Origin: Terriglobia bacterium
GTDB lineage: Bacteria > Acidobacteriota > Terriglobia > JAJPHL01 > JAPKYU01
Length of the DNA stretch: 64,000 bases
Direction of reading: 5' to 3'
Assembly (NCBI GenBank): GCA_965206645.1
Contig: CBDBKE010000002.1
Span: forward strand, 64,001 to 128,000
Every line of letters starts with the position of its first letter. Position 1 is the stretch's first letter. A program made the translations under genes and the position numbers. Shown here piece by piece: positions 46,705 to 55,395 of the stretch. Below the pieces are notes generated by a model. The model made no database searches and was not told the origin of the DNA. It saw only the letters and a program-made list of their open reading frames with translations.

Positions 46705-48362
46705 CCGGAATTTCCATTTTGAGCTTCCTCTTCACCCGAAAAGCTATGCCTCGTACCCTGTCGTGTCAACCGCAAACAGCTCTGGCCTCTTTGAGGTGGT
46801 AGTGCGGCACATTTTGGCTGTTCTTCGGAGTCGCTGTGCGGGGTTCGCCTGCCCAGCCTGCCGCGCCGCTGACACTTATCCGGCCCGACCACTTCTGAGC
46901 ACCTAAAATTACCCTCTCTCCCGGTTCGCTAGCCGTCTGGCAGCGGCAGTGCCGAGATCGTTCGCAGCATGCTGCTGAACAGCCTCCGGCTCAAGTGCCC
47001 TTCGGCCAGCAAAAGCCAGTAATATCGCGCATGTTTCACCAGCCGTCCTCCCGTTTTCACCAACCGCTGTTGCAAGCTCGTCAGGGACCAGTTCCCGATT
47101 CTCTGTGGCAGCACCAGTCGCCGCCACAGGTTGCCGAGATTATAGGCAATGATGGTGAGCCACAGCCGGACCTCGTTCGACCGGAACCGGTGACAACTGA
47201 GCCGCGTCATCTTCACTGCTTGCTTTCCTTCTTTGATCCACTGCTCCGCTGTCCCCCGCTTGTTGTAAAACCGCATCACCGCCCGACTTGGCAGAGTCAA
47301 GTTCGTAACGATAAACCCTACTCGCGGGAACAGCTCCCCTGGATGATGCTCCACCTTGGCCACCACCCTGCGGGCTGTCTTCCAACTGGCCGCTTGGTAT
47401 AGAAAGCCCTTGAACTCCACCAACGGCTTCTTGCTGGGTCTCCCCACCGGCCGAGTCAGCAACTCCTCAATGTCCCGCTGTAGGCTGTCGTTAGCCGGGA
47501 TGCGGATGGCGTACTTTACCTCCCGCTCCTCCAGAGCCTCGTAAATCTCCGGCTTGGCAAAGGCCGCGTCGGCACGAAACACCACTTCCTTGCCCAGCTG
47601 CTGCTGCCGCTCGATCTCCGGCAGGAGAAGTTCTTTCCAGTCCTCGGCGCTGTGCACGTTGCCCGGTCGCAGCTTGGCCGCCAGACAGTCACCCTCGCGA
47701 TTGAACAGCAACAACGGGTGATAGCAGCTCGACTCGAAATGCCCGTTGTAGGCACTCTGCTCCTGCTGGCCGTAGACCGGAATCTCGGTCGAGTCCATGT
47801 CCAGCACCACCCGTTGCGGGGAATCCATAGCTTCCGCCCTGGCGATTAAATCCCGGTTGATCGCTGCCAAACCAGCCAGGTTCTCATCTTGCGTCAGTAG
47901 TTCTGTCTCGAACGATTGCAGCCGGGAAGTCAACGCGGCTCCTCGCTCCCAGATCTTTTCTGAACCGATCAGCCGGAACGTCGGATCTTGAGAGAGCCGT
48001 TCCGCGTCATTCATATCTTCGTAACCCGCCAAGCGGCTGTACACGGACTGGCGCAGGAGGTCAGCAAAGGGCAACCGTGTGTTCTTTCTCCGAGGATCGG
48101 CCAAGTGCTGTTTGATGAGTTCTCCGAATCCCAAATGTTCGTCTGATTCGCGCACGAGGATCAGGCCGCCGTCGGAAGTAACCCGCGACCCCTGGAAATC
48201 GACCTTCAATGCAGCATTGAAAGAGAACTGAAAGGGCTGATTTTGCCTCTCACCCACTCGGTTTCTACCTCCGGAAGCTGTATTGACGCTGGAACCGGCA
48301 TAAATATTGGCGTCGGAGGTCAGTATAAGGTTAGCTTTGGAGTTTCAAAACGGAAATCCGGG
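46705..48362 (-). mobile_element. IS1380-family element, no target duplication
   Basis: Ends CCGGAATTTCC (46705) and GGAAATCCGGG (48362); flanks TTGAA vs CTCCA differ. Confidence 0.88.
46929..48257 (-). CDS. IS1380-family DDE transposase
   Basis: Same motifs as 38442-39770 and an identical C-terminus. Confidence 0.93.
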   Translation of the reverse strand: MGERQNQPFQFSFNAALKVDFQGSRVTSDGGLILVRESDEHLGFGELIKQHLADPRRKNTRLPFADLLRQSVYSRLAGYEDMNDAERLSQDPTFRLIGSEKIWERGAALTSRLQSFETELLTQDENLAGLAAINRDLIARAEAMDSPQRVVLDMDSTEIPVYGQQEQSAYNGHFESSCYHPLLLFNREGDCLAAKLRPGNVHSAEDWKELLLPEIERQQQLGKEVVFRADAAFAKPEIYEALEEREVKYAIRIPANDSLQRDIEELLTRPVGRPSKKPLVEFKGFLYQAASWKTARRVVAKVEHHPGELFPRVGFIVTNLTLPSRAVMRFYNKRGTAEQWIKEGKQAVKMTRLSCHRFRSNEVRLWLTIIAYNLGNLWRRLVLPQRIGNWSLTSLQQRLVKTGGRLVKHARYYWLLLAEGHLSRRLFSSMLRTISALPLPDG

Positions 48363-48640
48363 CTCCACTCTATTCAGACGCGGATTTCGTTCTTTCAGTT
48401 CCAAAAACTCGGCCACCGTGGGCTAGGCATTGCTGTCTGGCTATGGCCAGTTCCTGATTGGGGAACTGGGGAGCCAACTCACCAGCCGTCACACGACACT
48501 CTTCCTCGGGCCGGCCGTGAGCCACACACTTCTATGTCCGGAGAATTTGCGTCTCAATGATCCGGGTGAGTTTGGCCCTCTGGCAGACTCAGACTTGTCG
48601 TGGCAGGTCCCTGTGTCTAACTACCAGCCAGACCCTGGCG

Positions 48641-49951
48641 TCAGACCAGATCCTTGATTGGCACACCGGTCTTGTCGTCAATGGAGTTGGCGATCTTGAC
48701 CGGACGCCCGATGGGCGTCATGTAGGTTTTCTCCCAATCAATTCCGAAGGCCTTGTAGATCGTCGCGTAAATGTCGCCCATAGTGACCATGCGGTCGGCC
48801 ACGTACGCGCCTCGTTCATCGCTGGCTCCGATGATCTGCCCACCCCGAATCCCGCCACCTCCCAGCACCACAGACCAGCATTCCGGCCAATGGTCCCGAC
48901 CGCGGTTGGGGTTGATGTGGGGCGTGCGGCCAAACTCACCCATCGCAATGACGACGGTTGATTCCAACAATCCGCGCTGCTCAAGGTCCTCCAGTAGAGC
49001 CGAAAGGGCCTGATCCAATGGAGGCGTGAGGGTCTCACGGTGGCGTTTGTCGTTATCGCCGTGCGTGTCCCACTGGTTGTTCTTGTACCCAGCCGCAGTC
49101 ACAAAGCGGGCGCCGGCCTCGACCAGTCGTCGCGCCAGCAGCGCGCCCTGTCCGAACCCATTGCGGCCGTAAGCGTCCTTGAGCTTCTCCGGCTCTTTGG
49201 ACATGTCAAAGGCGTCTTTCACCTTGGGAGAAAGGATCATCTTCCAGGCCGCCTCGGTGAAGCGGTCCATCTTGGCGAACTCCGCTTGCTGGACCTTCTC
49301 GCGATACAGCCGGTCCACGACCTTGAGAGTCGAAAGCCGGTCCTCAATCACCTGCTCGGAAACCGATTTGGGCAGGCTCAGATCGGGCACCGCGAAATCG
49401 GGACGGCTGGGGTTGGGAACCACCATCGGCTCGTACTCCGCACCGAGATAGAAGGCCTTGAAGAACCATTCCTGCTCTAAGCGGTCAGTGATCACGTAGG
49501 GAGGGATCTGATTACGTTTGGCCATTTCCCGGGCAATGATCGAGCCCACCGAGGGGAACTGCAAGGCGGGGATGGGTCGGTGCCCGGTGATCACGTAGTG
49601 GGTCGCCTGGGGATGGTTGTTCTCCTCCGTATGCAGCGAGCGAATAATCGCCAGCTTATCCATGTGACGCGAAACCTTCGGCAACAACTCCGAAATCTGG
49701 ATGCCCGGCACATTGGTGGAGATCGGCTTGAAGGAGCTGTTCGGCTTGGGATCCCAGGTGTCGACCTGGCTGGGACCACCCTCCAGCCACAGCAGGATGC
49801 AGGCCTGGGCCTTACCGTTGGGCGCCAGGTTTTCCGCGGCCATCAGGTAGTTGCGCAGACTGATCCCCAGAAAGCTCAGCGAGCCGACGCGCAGGAAATC
49901 CCGGCGGCCGATGCCCGGTTTCACACACCCCATCCAGTCCGTATTGCTCAT
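48641..49951 (-). CDS. DUF1501 protein
   Basis: GRRDFL Tat-like motif, GGPSQVDTWDPKP, WDTH, GEFGRTP...GRDHW. Confidence 0.92.
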   Translation of the reverse strand: MSNTDWMGCVKPGIGRRDFLRVGSLSFLGISLRNYLMAAENLAPNGKAQACILLWLEGGPSQVDTWDPKPNSSFKPISTNVPGIQISELLPKVSRHMDKLAIIRSLHTEENNHPQATHYVITGHRPIPALQFPSVGSIIAREMAKRNQIPPYVITDRLEQEWFFKAFYLGAEYEPMVVPNPSRPDFAVPDLSLPKSVSEQVIEDRLSTLKVVDRLYREKVQQAEFAKMDRFTEAAWKMILSPKVKDAFDMSKEPEKLKDAYGRNGFGQGALLARRLVEAGARFVTAAGYKNNQWDTHGDNDKRHRETLTPPLDQALSALLEDLEQRGLLESTVVIAMGEFGRTPHINPNRGRDHWPECWSVVLGGGGIRGGQIIGASDERGAYVADRMVTMGDIYATIYKAFGIDWEKTYMTPIGRPVKIANSIDDKTGVPIKDLV

Positions 49952-49970
49952 GGCGCTCTCCTGAATCTAC

Positions 49971-52553
49971 TCAGTGGTTTGTGACAAACTCCCTGGAGCT
50001 GATCAAGGCCCAGGCGATGCTTCGGATAGCCTCAGGCCGCGAAGCGCTGGCGCTGATCCGTTGCTGCAACTCCTTCTGTTCGGCATCCGAAGGAAGGCGC
50101 GACAAGGCAGCAAGGTAGAGCTCCTCGATGATCTTCCCGTCGGAGGCTCCACTCTTTAGGAGGCGGTCCATGCGCCCGCCCTCTTTCGAAAGCTTCTCGG
50201 TGTAGGTGTCTCCGGCCAGCATGTGCAGGGCTTGCTGCATGTTGCTTTCGTTCCTTCTCTCCGGCACGGCCATCCGGTTCGGGCGGCCATACACTTCGAG
50301 GAACCGCGAGGGCAACATGTCGGTCTCCACTACATTAATCGCGCGAGACCCCGGAGGCAGCGCGCCCGGCAAACTTGAGAAGTCCGTCGCGAAGCGACGC
50401 AACGTCTCCGGAACCCCGGTGGCCGCGGAGATGGCATCCAGCAGCACTTCGGCGTCAAGCCGCCTGGGGATGAAGTGTGAGTAATTGATCCGGTCATCAG
50501 CGTTCGTCTCATTCGGCACGCTGGAGAGCTGATAAGTCCGGGAGTTGACGATGGTTCGCATCAGATGCTTGAGATCGTGGCCTCTCTCTCGAAAGTCCTT
50601 GGCGAGGGCCTTCAGAAGGTCCGGATGGGTTGGCGGATTCGTGGACCGAAAATCATCCACCGGGTCGACGATCCCCCTCCCGAAGAAGTACCCCCACGTG
50701 CGGTTGACGGCGGCCTCGGCGAAGTAAGGATGCGAGGTCATCCACTCGGCCAGTTCCGAGCGCAGGTCCGCCCGCTCTGACTCCGGCAACTGCTGTCCAT
50801 CGAGGAAAGTTGGCTGAACCACCGCTTTGGTCCGCGGATGCGTCACGAACTTGCTCTTTCCCGTCTGCCCGTAGTCGACTTCCTGGCCGGCGGGATCGTC
50901 ATACAGCACCGAACCGTGCAGATTGTAGTCCTGTGGACCAAACTTCACCGCATTCATCCGGCCGAAGAAGGCGGTCAGGCCCCAAAACTGGTCCTGGCTC
51001 CAGGTCTCGAAGGGGTGATTGTGGCACTGCGCGCAATCGAATCTCCGCCCCAGGAAGACGCGCACCTGCTCGCCCATCTTCTGCTCCGGGTTCCGCTCTT
51101 CTCCCGCAGGAAAGTAATGGGGGGCGGCGCCGCCGTAGCCCTGCGCGGCGATTCGCTCGCGGGCGATCTGGTCGTACGGCTTGTTCGCGGCGATGCTGGC
51201 GCGAATCCATTTCCAATAATTATGTGCCGATCGCGGGTCAATCTGGTTCTTATACCGGCCCACGCGGAACAGATCGGCGAAACGGAACGTCCAGTAGTCG
51301 ATGAATTCCGGCGTGTTCAGCAGAACTTCGACCACCTTCTGCCGTTTCCGCCGATCCTTGCTGGCCGCAAACTCGCGCACCCGCTCCGGCGGCGGCAAGA
51401 CCCCGGTCAGGTCCAGGCAGAGGCGACGCAGGAATTCGTTGTCACTGGAAAGCTCCGAAGGAATGCTATTGAACTTCTTCAGCTTGGCGAACACGTAGTC
51501 GTCGATGAAGTTGTTGTGCGGCACTTTCGGATACCGGGCGATTGGTTTGCCAATCACGCCGACGCTGGTGCTCGTCGCAAACCCTGCCGCGCGAACCATC
51601 ACCGAAGTTTCCCCGGTCCGCACCGCAGCCACCCGACCCTGCTGATCCACCTTCACCACCTCGGAGTTGTTCGAGGCGTATAGCACCTGGTCGCTGATGT
51701 CCTCCTGTTGGCCATTCGACAGATGCGCGGTCACCAGCAGCCGGTGCTTGCCCTCCGGAGCCAGCACCACTTCGCGAGGCTCCACCTCGACCCGCACCAC
51801 CCGCACGCCCGCCTTGTCGCCTTCCTCCCCGAACGGCGCACCGTTCCGCACCCAGTTCAGGATCGTTTCGTAGTCAGCCGAGTTCGGACGCAAGGGCTGC
51901 CCGCCTCCGTGCGAAACACCCATCGTCGCTTTCATCAACAGCAGGCTCTTCTCGGGCTCCTGCAGGTTGATCCGCGAGACTTTTTCACCTGCCTCCGTGG
52001 TCAGGACCTGGAACGTCCCCCCTTCGACAATCCACTGGTAGTCATCGCGGGCGTAGAGCGCGTTCAGAGAGAGCTTGAATCCGCCCTTTCCTTTCACACC
52101 CCCGTGACAGGAGCTGTCATTGCAGCCGCGCTTGGTGAGGATGCCGCCAATATCCCGGGCGAAGCTGAACTGGCGGGTCTCCTGCGAGCCCGCCACTCGA
52201 ACCTCGGTCTTGACCGACCGTCCTTCCAACGACACCGTCAAGACTACGCTTCCATCCGCCAGCGCCACTACTCGCCCCTCGGCATCCACCTTCGCCACCT
52301 TGGAATCCGAAATCGAGAACCGGCTCTCGGCGGTCACATCTCGCTCCAGACCATCGCTGTATTTTCCAATGACCAGGAAATGCTGGGATGCCTTCGCTCC
52401 CCACAGTGTTCGCTCCTGCGGTATCAATCGCAAGGACCGCAGTTGGGGGGGGGCAGACACGGCCTGGGAAGCGCTCGACAGGCCCAGAACGGCCCCAACC
52501 AACAGGACCGTCCATCGTCTTTTCCGTCCGCCCAACATTGTGTTCACCAACAT
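49971..52553 (-). CDS. Ig-like (Big-2) + DUF1549 + DUF1553 protein
   Basis: Two Ig-like repeats (DVT...FSISDSKVAKVDAEG), CNDSSCH, CAQCH, NPPTHPDLL, RRLDAEVLLDAI; GAGGAG SD before 52553. Confidence 0.88.
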   Translation of the reverse strand: MLVNTMLGGRKRRWTVLLVGAVLGLSSASQAVSAPPQLRSLRLIPQERTLWGAKASQHFLVIGKYSDGLERDVTAESRFSISDSKVAKVDAEGRVVALADGSVVLTVSLEGRSVKTEVRVAGSQETRQFSFARDIGGILTKRGCNDSSCHGGVKGKGGFKLSLNALYARDDYQWIVEGGTFQVLTTEAGEKVSRINLQEPEKSLLLMKATMGVSHGGGQPLRPNSADYETILNWVRNGAPFGEEGDKAGVRVVRVEVEPREVVLAPEGKHRLLVTAHLSNGQQEDISDQVLYASNNSEVVKVDQQGRVAAVRTGETSVMVRAAGFATSTSVGVIGKPIARYPKVPHNNFIDDYVFAKLKKFNSIPSELSSDNEFLRRLCLDLTGVLPPPERVREFAASKDRRKRQKVVEVLLNTPEFIDYWTFRFADLFRVGRYKNQIDPRSAHNYWKWIRASIAANKPYDQIARERIAAQGYGGAAPHYFPAGEERNPEQKMGEQVRVFLGRRFDCAQCHNHPFETWSQDQFWGLTAFFGRMNAVKFGPQDYNLHGSVLYDDPAGQEVDYGQTGKSKFVTHPRTKAVVQPTFLDGQQLPESERADLRSELAEWMTSHPYFAEAAVNRTWGYFFGRGIVDPVDDFRSTNPPTHPDLLKALAKDFRERGHDLKHLMRTIVNSRTYQLSSVPNETNADDRINYSHFIPRRLDAEVLLDAISAATGVPETLRRFATDFSSLPGALPPGSRAINVVETDMLPSRFLEVYGRPNRMAVPERRNESNMQQALHMLAGDTYTEKLSKEGGRMDRLLKSGASDGKIIEELYLAALSRLPSDAEQKELQQRISASASRPEAIRSIAWALISSREFVTNH

Positions 52554-52780
52554 CTCCTCAGCTGCGGCTGAAACTTCGATTTGAACTCCCCCCCTTACTC
52601 GCAAGTGTACATCCAGGTGTCCTGTCGGGTCAAGTCCGGATCGCCACACCCTTCATTAGCCTGGCTATCGGAAGCTGTACATTCCGCGACGGATACTGGT
52701 CTCGGATTTCCACGCCCGAATCTCCCCCAGGTCCGCCAAGGTTGACTTGATGGTCGGCACGCCGGTAGACTGATTGGCAC

Positions 52781-52857
52781 GCGCCCGTAGCTCAGTTGGA
52801 TAGAGCGACTGGCTACGAACCAGTAGGTCGGGAGTTCGAGTCTCTCCGGGCGCGCCA
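52781..52857 (+). tRNA. tRNA-Arg (ACG)
   Basis: GCGCCCG acceptor stem, anticodon loop CT-ACG-AA, GTTCGAG T-loop, encoded CCA; TTGACT-18-TAGACT promoter at 52742-52771. Confidence 0.97.
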
Positions 52858-52989
52858 TTTTTCTCACAGTTCCGCTCTTTTTGCGCTGAATCCTTACGCT
52901 CACTGTAGCGAGAAATGTAGCGGGTGCCTGTCGAACGGCGTGCACAGCCAAGGTCCGGCCCGAGGCATGATCTTCGGTAGGAATCCCCC

Positions 52990-53365
52990 CGCGAGGCAGG
53001 TTGGAGGCGGGAAGCAGACCCCGCAAGTCAGCGGAACGGCCAAGGGCGAGCCACGGTGCAACCCGGAAGAGTGACGATGAGAGCTTGAGCCGACTGGGTA
53101 GCTACCGTGTACTTTCGGGCGAAGCTGGAAGCTCAAATCGGGAGTTCGAGGCTAAACTTTGGTTCGTACCCTGTGTGGGCTGACTGGAACCCGGGGCGAA
53201 TGAAAAGCGGTGGTCTTTCAAGCGGATCCGTTGGTGGAGTACAAGGGCTTCTCTATCAAGCGGCGAGTTGGAGCAATGCCAGAAGGGCCGTGGCGAACTT
53301 GATCCAACGGAGCAGCCAGCGTATGCTCTGGGTCGAAGGAGGAAGCTCAAAAGGGAAATTTCGGT
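52990..53365 (+). mobile_element. Two decayed IS1380 right-end remnants in tandem
   Basis: 53081-53146 and 53295-53360 match 47/66 ungapped; both resemble the IS end TTGACACGACAGGGTA...GGAAGCTCAAAATGGAAATTCCGG (39930-39994). Confidence 0.65.
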
Positions 53366-53554
53366 TAAGTAAAGTGTTTTGATAAATCAACGGGCCGGAG
53401 CAATGATCAAGTGTTCGGCGCTGGGGTAGATAAGTAGGCTAGGCAGGCCCGAGTCAGTAGAAATCTAGTTGTTTTTAATTACATTGAGGATAAAAACAAT
53501 TAAGTTTGCAATTATGCAACAAGCCTTTCAGGTCAGTCAGGCCAACTTAGCCAC

Positions 53555-55348
53555 ATGCTGCTGAGAAACAGGACAGGAGTGGCACAGAAGCTGAGCCGGC
53601 GGAAGCGTGGGGTCGGCTTGACGTTGGCCTTGTTGTCTTTTCTCGCCGCCCTTGTGGGGCTGTCGGAGACCGCTTCTGCTCAGCCGCGCCTACCAATACG
53701 TTTCATTGACGTGGCAGGAAAAGCAGGCGTGACCCTGCGGAACGTTTCGGGAGGGCCCAGGAAAGACTATATTCTGGAGGCGGCGGGCAACGGAGCAGCA
53801 TTCTTTGATTACGATGACGATGGGGACATGGACCTGCTGCTTGTCAACGGCTCCACATTTGAAAAGTTCAAGCAAGGCGGCGGTCCGATGGTGGCCCTCT
53901 ACAGCAATGACGGGAAAGGGAAATTTTCGGACGTCACTGGCCAAAGTGGCCTGACCAAAAAAGGCTGGGGCATGGGCGTTTGTGTGGCCGACTATGACAA
54001 TAGCGGGTTCCAGGACATCTACGTTACTGCCTACGGGCCGAACATATTATTTCGAAATAAGGGCGACGGCACCTTCGCCGACGTAACGGAGCCAGCAGGC
54101 GTAGGCGATTCCCACTGGAGCACTACTTGCGCTTTTGGTGATTATAATCGCGACGGATACGTCGATCTTTACGTAGCAAATTACGTCGCGTTCGACGAGG
54201 AGACAACTCCCGGGCGGGGCACCAGTTCACTCTGCCAGTACAGAGGGATGGACGTGTTCTGCGGACCGCGCGGCCTCCCCGGCGAGCCCGATGTGTTGTA
54301 TCGCAACAACGGCGATGGCACGTTCAAGGACGTGACGCACTCTGCCAAAATCGACGATCCTGGATACTATGGGTTTGGGGTTATTTTCAGCGATGTGAAC
54401 AACGATGAGTGGCCCGACATCTATGTCGCCAATGATTCAACACCCAATTTTCTCTTTCGGAATAATAAGGACGGGACCTTCTCTGAAGTGGGATTAGAAG
54501 CTGGTGTGGCTCTCAGCGAGGAAGGACGGCCACAGGCAGGTATGGGCGTCGACGTGGGGGATTACAACAACGACGGCTATTTTGACATCTTTGTTACAAA
54601 TTTTTCCGAAGATACGAACACTCTTTACCAGAATAACGGGGACGAAACGTTCAACGTCGTGACCTCCGCGGCCGGTCTAGGGCGATCCTCCCTACCGTAC
54701 CTTGGCTGGGGAACGGGCCTGGTGGACCTTGACAATGACGGCTATCTCGACATTTTCATCGCTAACGGGCATATTTACCCCAAAATTGATCAATTTGCGT
54801 TTGGCTCGACATTTCTAGAACGTAACCAGCTCTATCAAAATCAAGGAAACGGACGCTTCCTGGAGCTCACCGAGGAGCTGGAGGTCGGTCTTCTAACTAG
54901 GAAGTCAAGCCGAGGAGCTGCGTTTGGCGACTACGATAATGATGGAGATGTGGATATCCTGCTCACCAACCTTGATGACCGTCCAAGCCTGCTGCGTAAT
55001 GAGGGTGGAAACAGAAATCATTGGGTCACACTTCGGCTGGTGGGCCGCGTGGTGGGCCGACTGGTAGGAAGGAAGAGCAACCGAGACGCGATCGGGGCGC
55101 GGATCACAGCAGAAATCGGCGATCGGACGCAAACCACCGAGGTCCGATCTGGAGGGAGTTATCTCTCCCACAACGACTCGCGTGTTCACTTCGGATTGGG
55201 TCAGGAAACTCACGTTAATCGTCTTGAAATACGTTGGCCGAGTGGGTTGGTGGAAAACTTCCGAGATATCCAAGGTGATCAGTTCCTGCAAGTCACTGAA
55301 GGTCAGGGCATGACACCCATCAAGACCATTCGGAAAAAAGGCAAATAA
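53555..55348 (+). CDS. CRTAC1-family protein (FG-GAP repeats + ASPIC/UnbV domain)
   Basis: Repeated DYDNDGxxDI / LYRNNGDGTFxDVT; SYLSHNDSRVHFGLG...EIRWPSG. Confidence 0.92.
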   Translation: MLLRNRTGVAQKLSRRKRGVGLTLALLSFLAALVGLSETASAQPRLPIRFIDVAGKAGVTLRNVSGGPRKDYILEAAGNGAAFFDYDDDGDMDLLLVNGSTFEKFKQGGGPMVALYSNDGKGKFSDVTGQSGLTKKGWGMGVCVADYDNSGFQDIYVTAYGPNILFRNKGDGTFADVTEPAGVGDSHWSTTCAFGDYNRDGYVDLYVANYVAFDEETTPGRGTSSLCQYRGMDVFCGPRGLPGEPDVLYRNNGDGTFKDVTHSAKIDDPGYYGFGVIFSDVNNDEWPDIYVANDSTPNFLFRNNKDGTFSEVGLEAGVALSEEGRPQAGMGVDVGDYNNDGYFDIFVTNFSEDTNTLYQNNGDETFNVVTSAAGLGRSSLPYLGWGTGLVDLDNDGYLDIFIANGHIYPKIDQFAFGSTFLERNQLYQNQGNGRFLELTEELEVGLLTRKSSRGAAFGDYDNDGDVDILLTNLDDRPSLLRNEGGNRNHWVTLRLVGRVVGRLVGRKSNRDAIGARITAEIGDRTQTTEVRSGGSYLSHNDSRVHFGLGQETHVNRLEIRWPSGLVENFRDIQGDQFLQVTEGQGMTPIKTIRKKGK

Positions 55349-55395
55349 TAGAGCCTCCGCGTTCTGCGTTTCCTTGTCTTTCAAAGATAGGCCCG

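Noticed and set aside
38336-48362. Composite transposon formed by the two inverted IS1380 copies
   Set aside because: Copy 1 has its own CTTAC duplication and the outer flanks (CTTAC vs CTCCA) do not match
53081-53360. Tandem structured ncRNA/riboswitch or small hydrophobic toxin peptide
   Set aside because: Both units are better explained as decayed IS1380 right ends by similarity to 39930-39994
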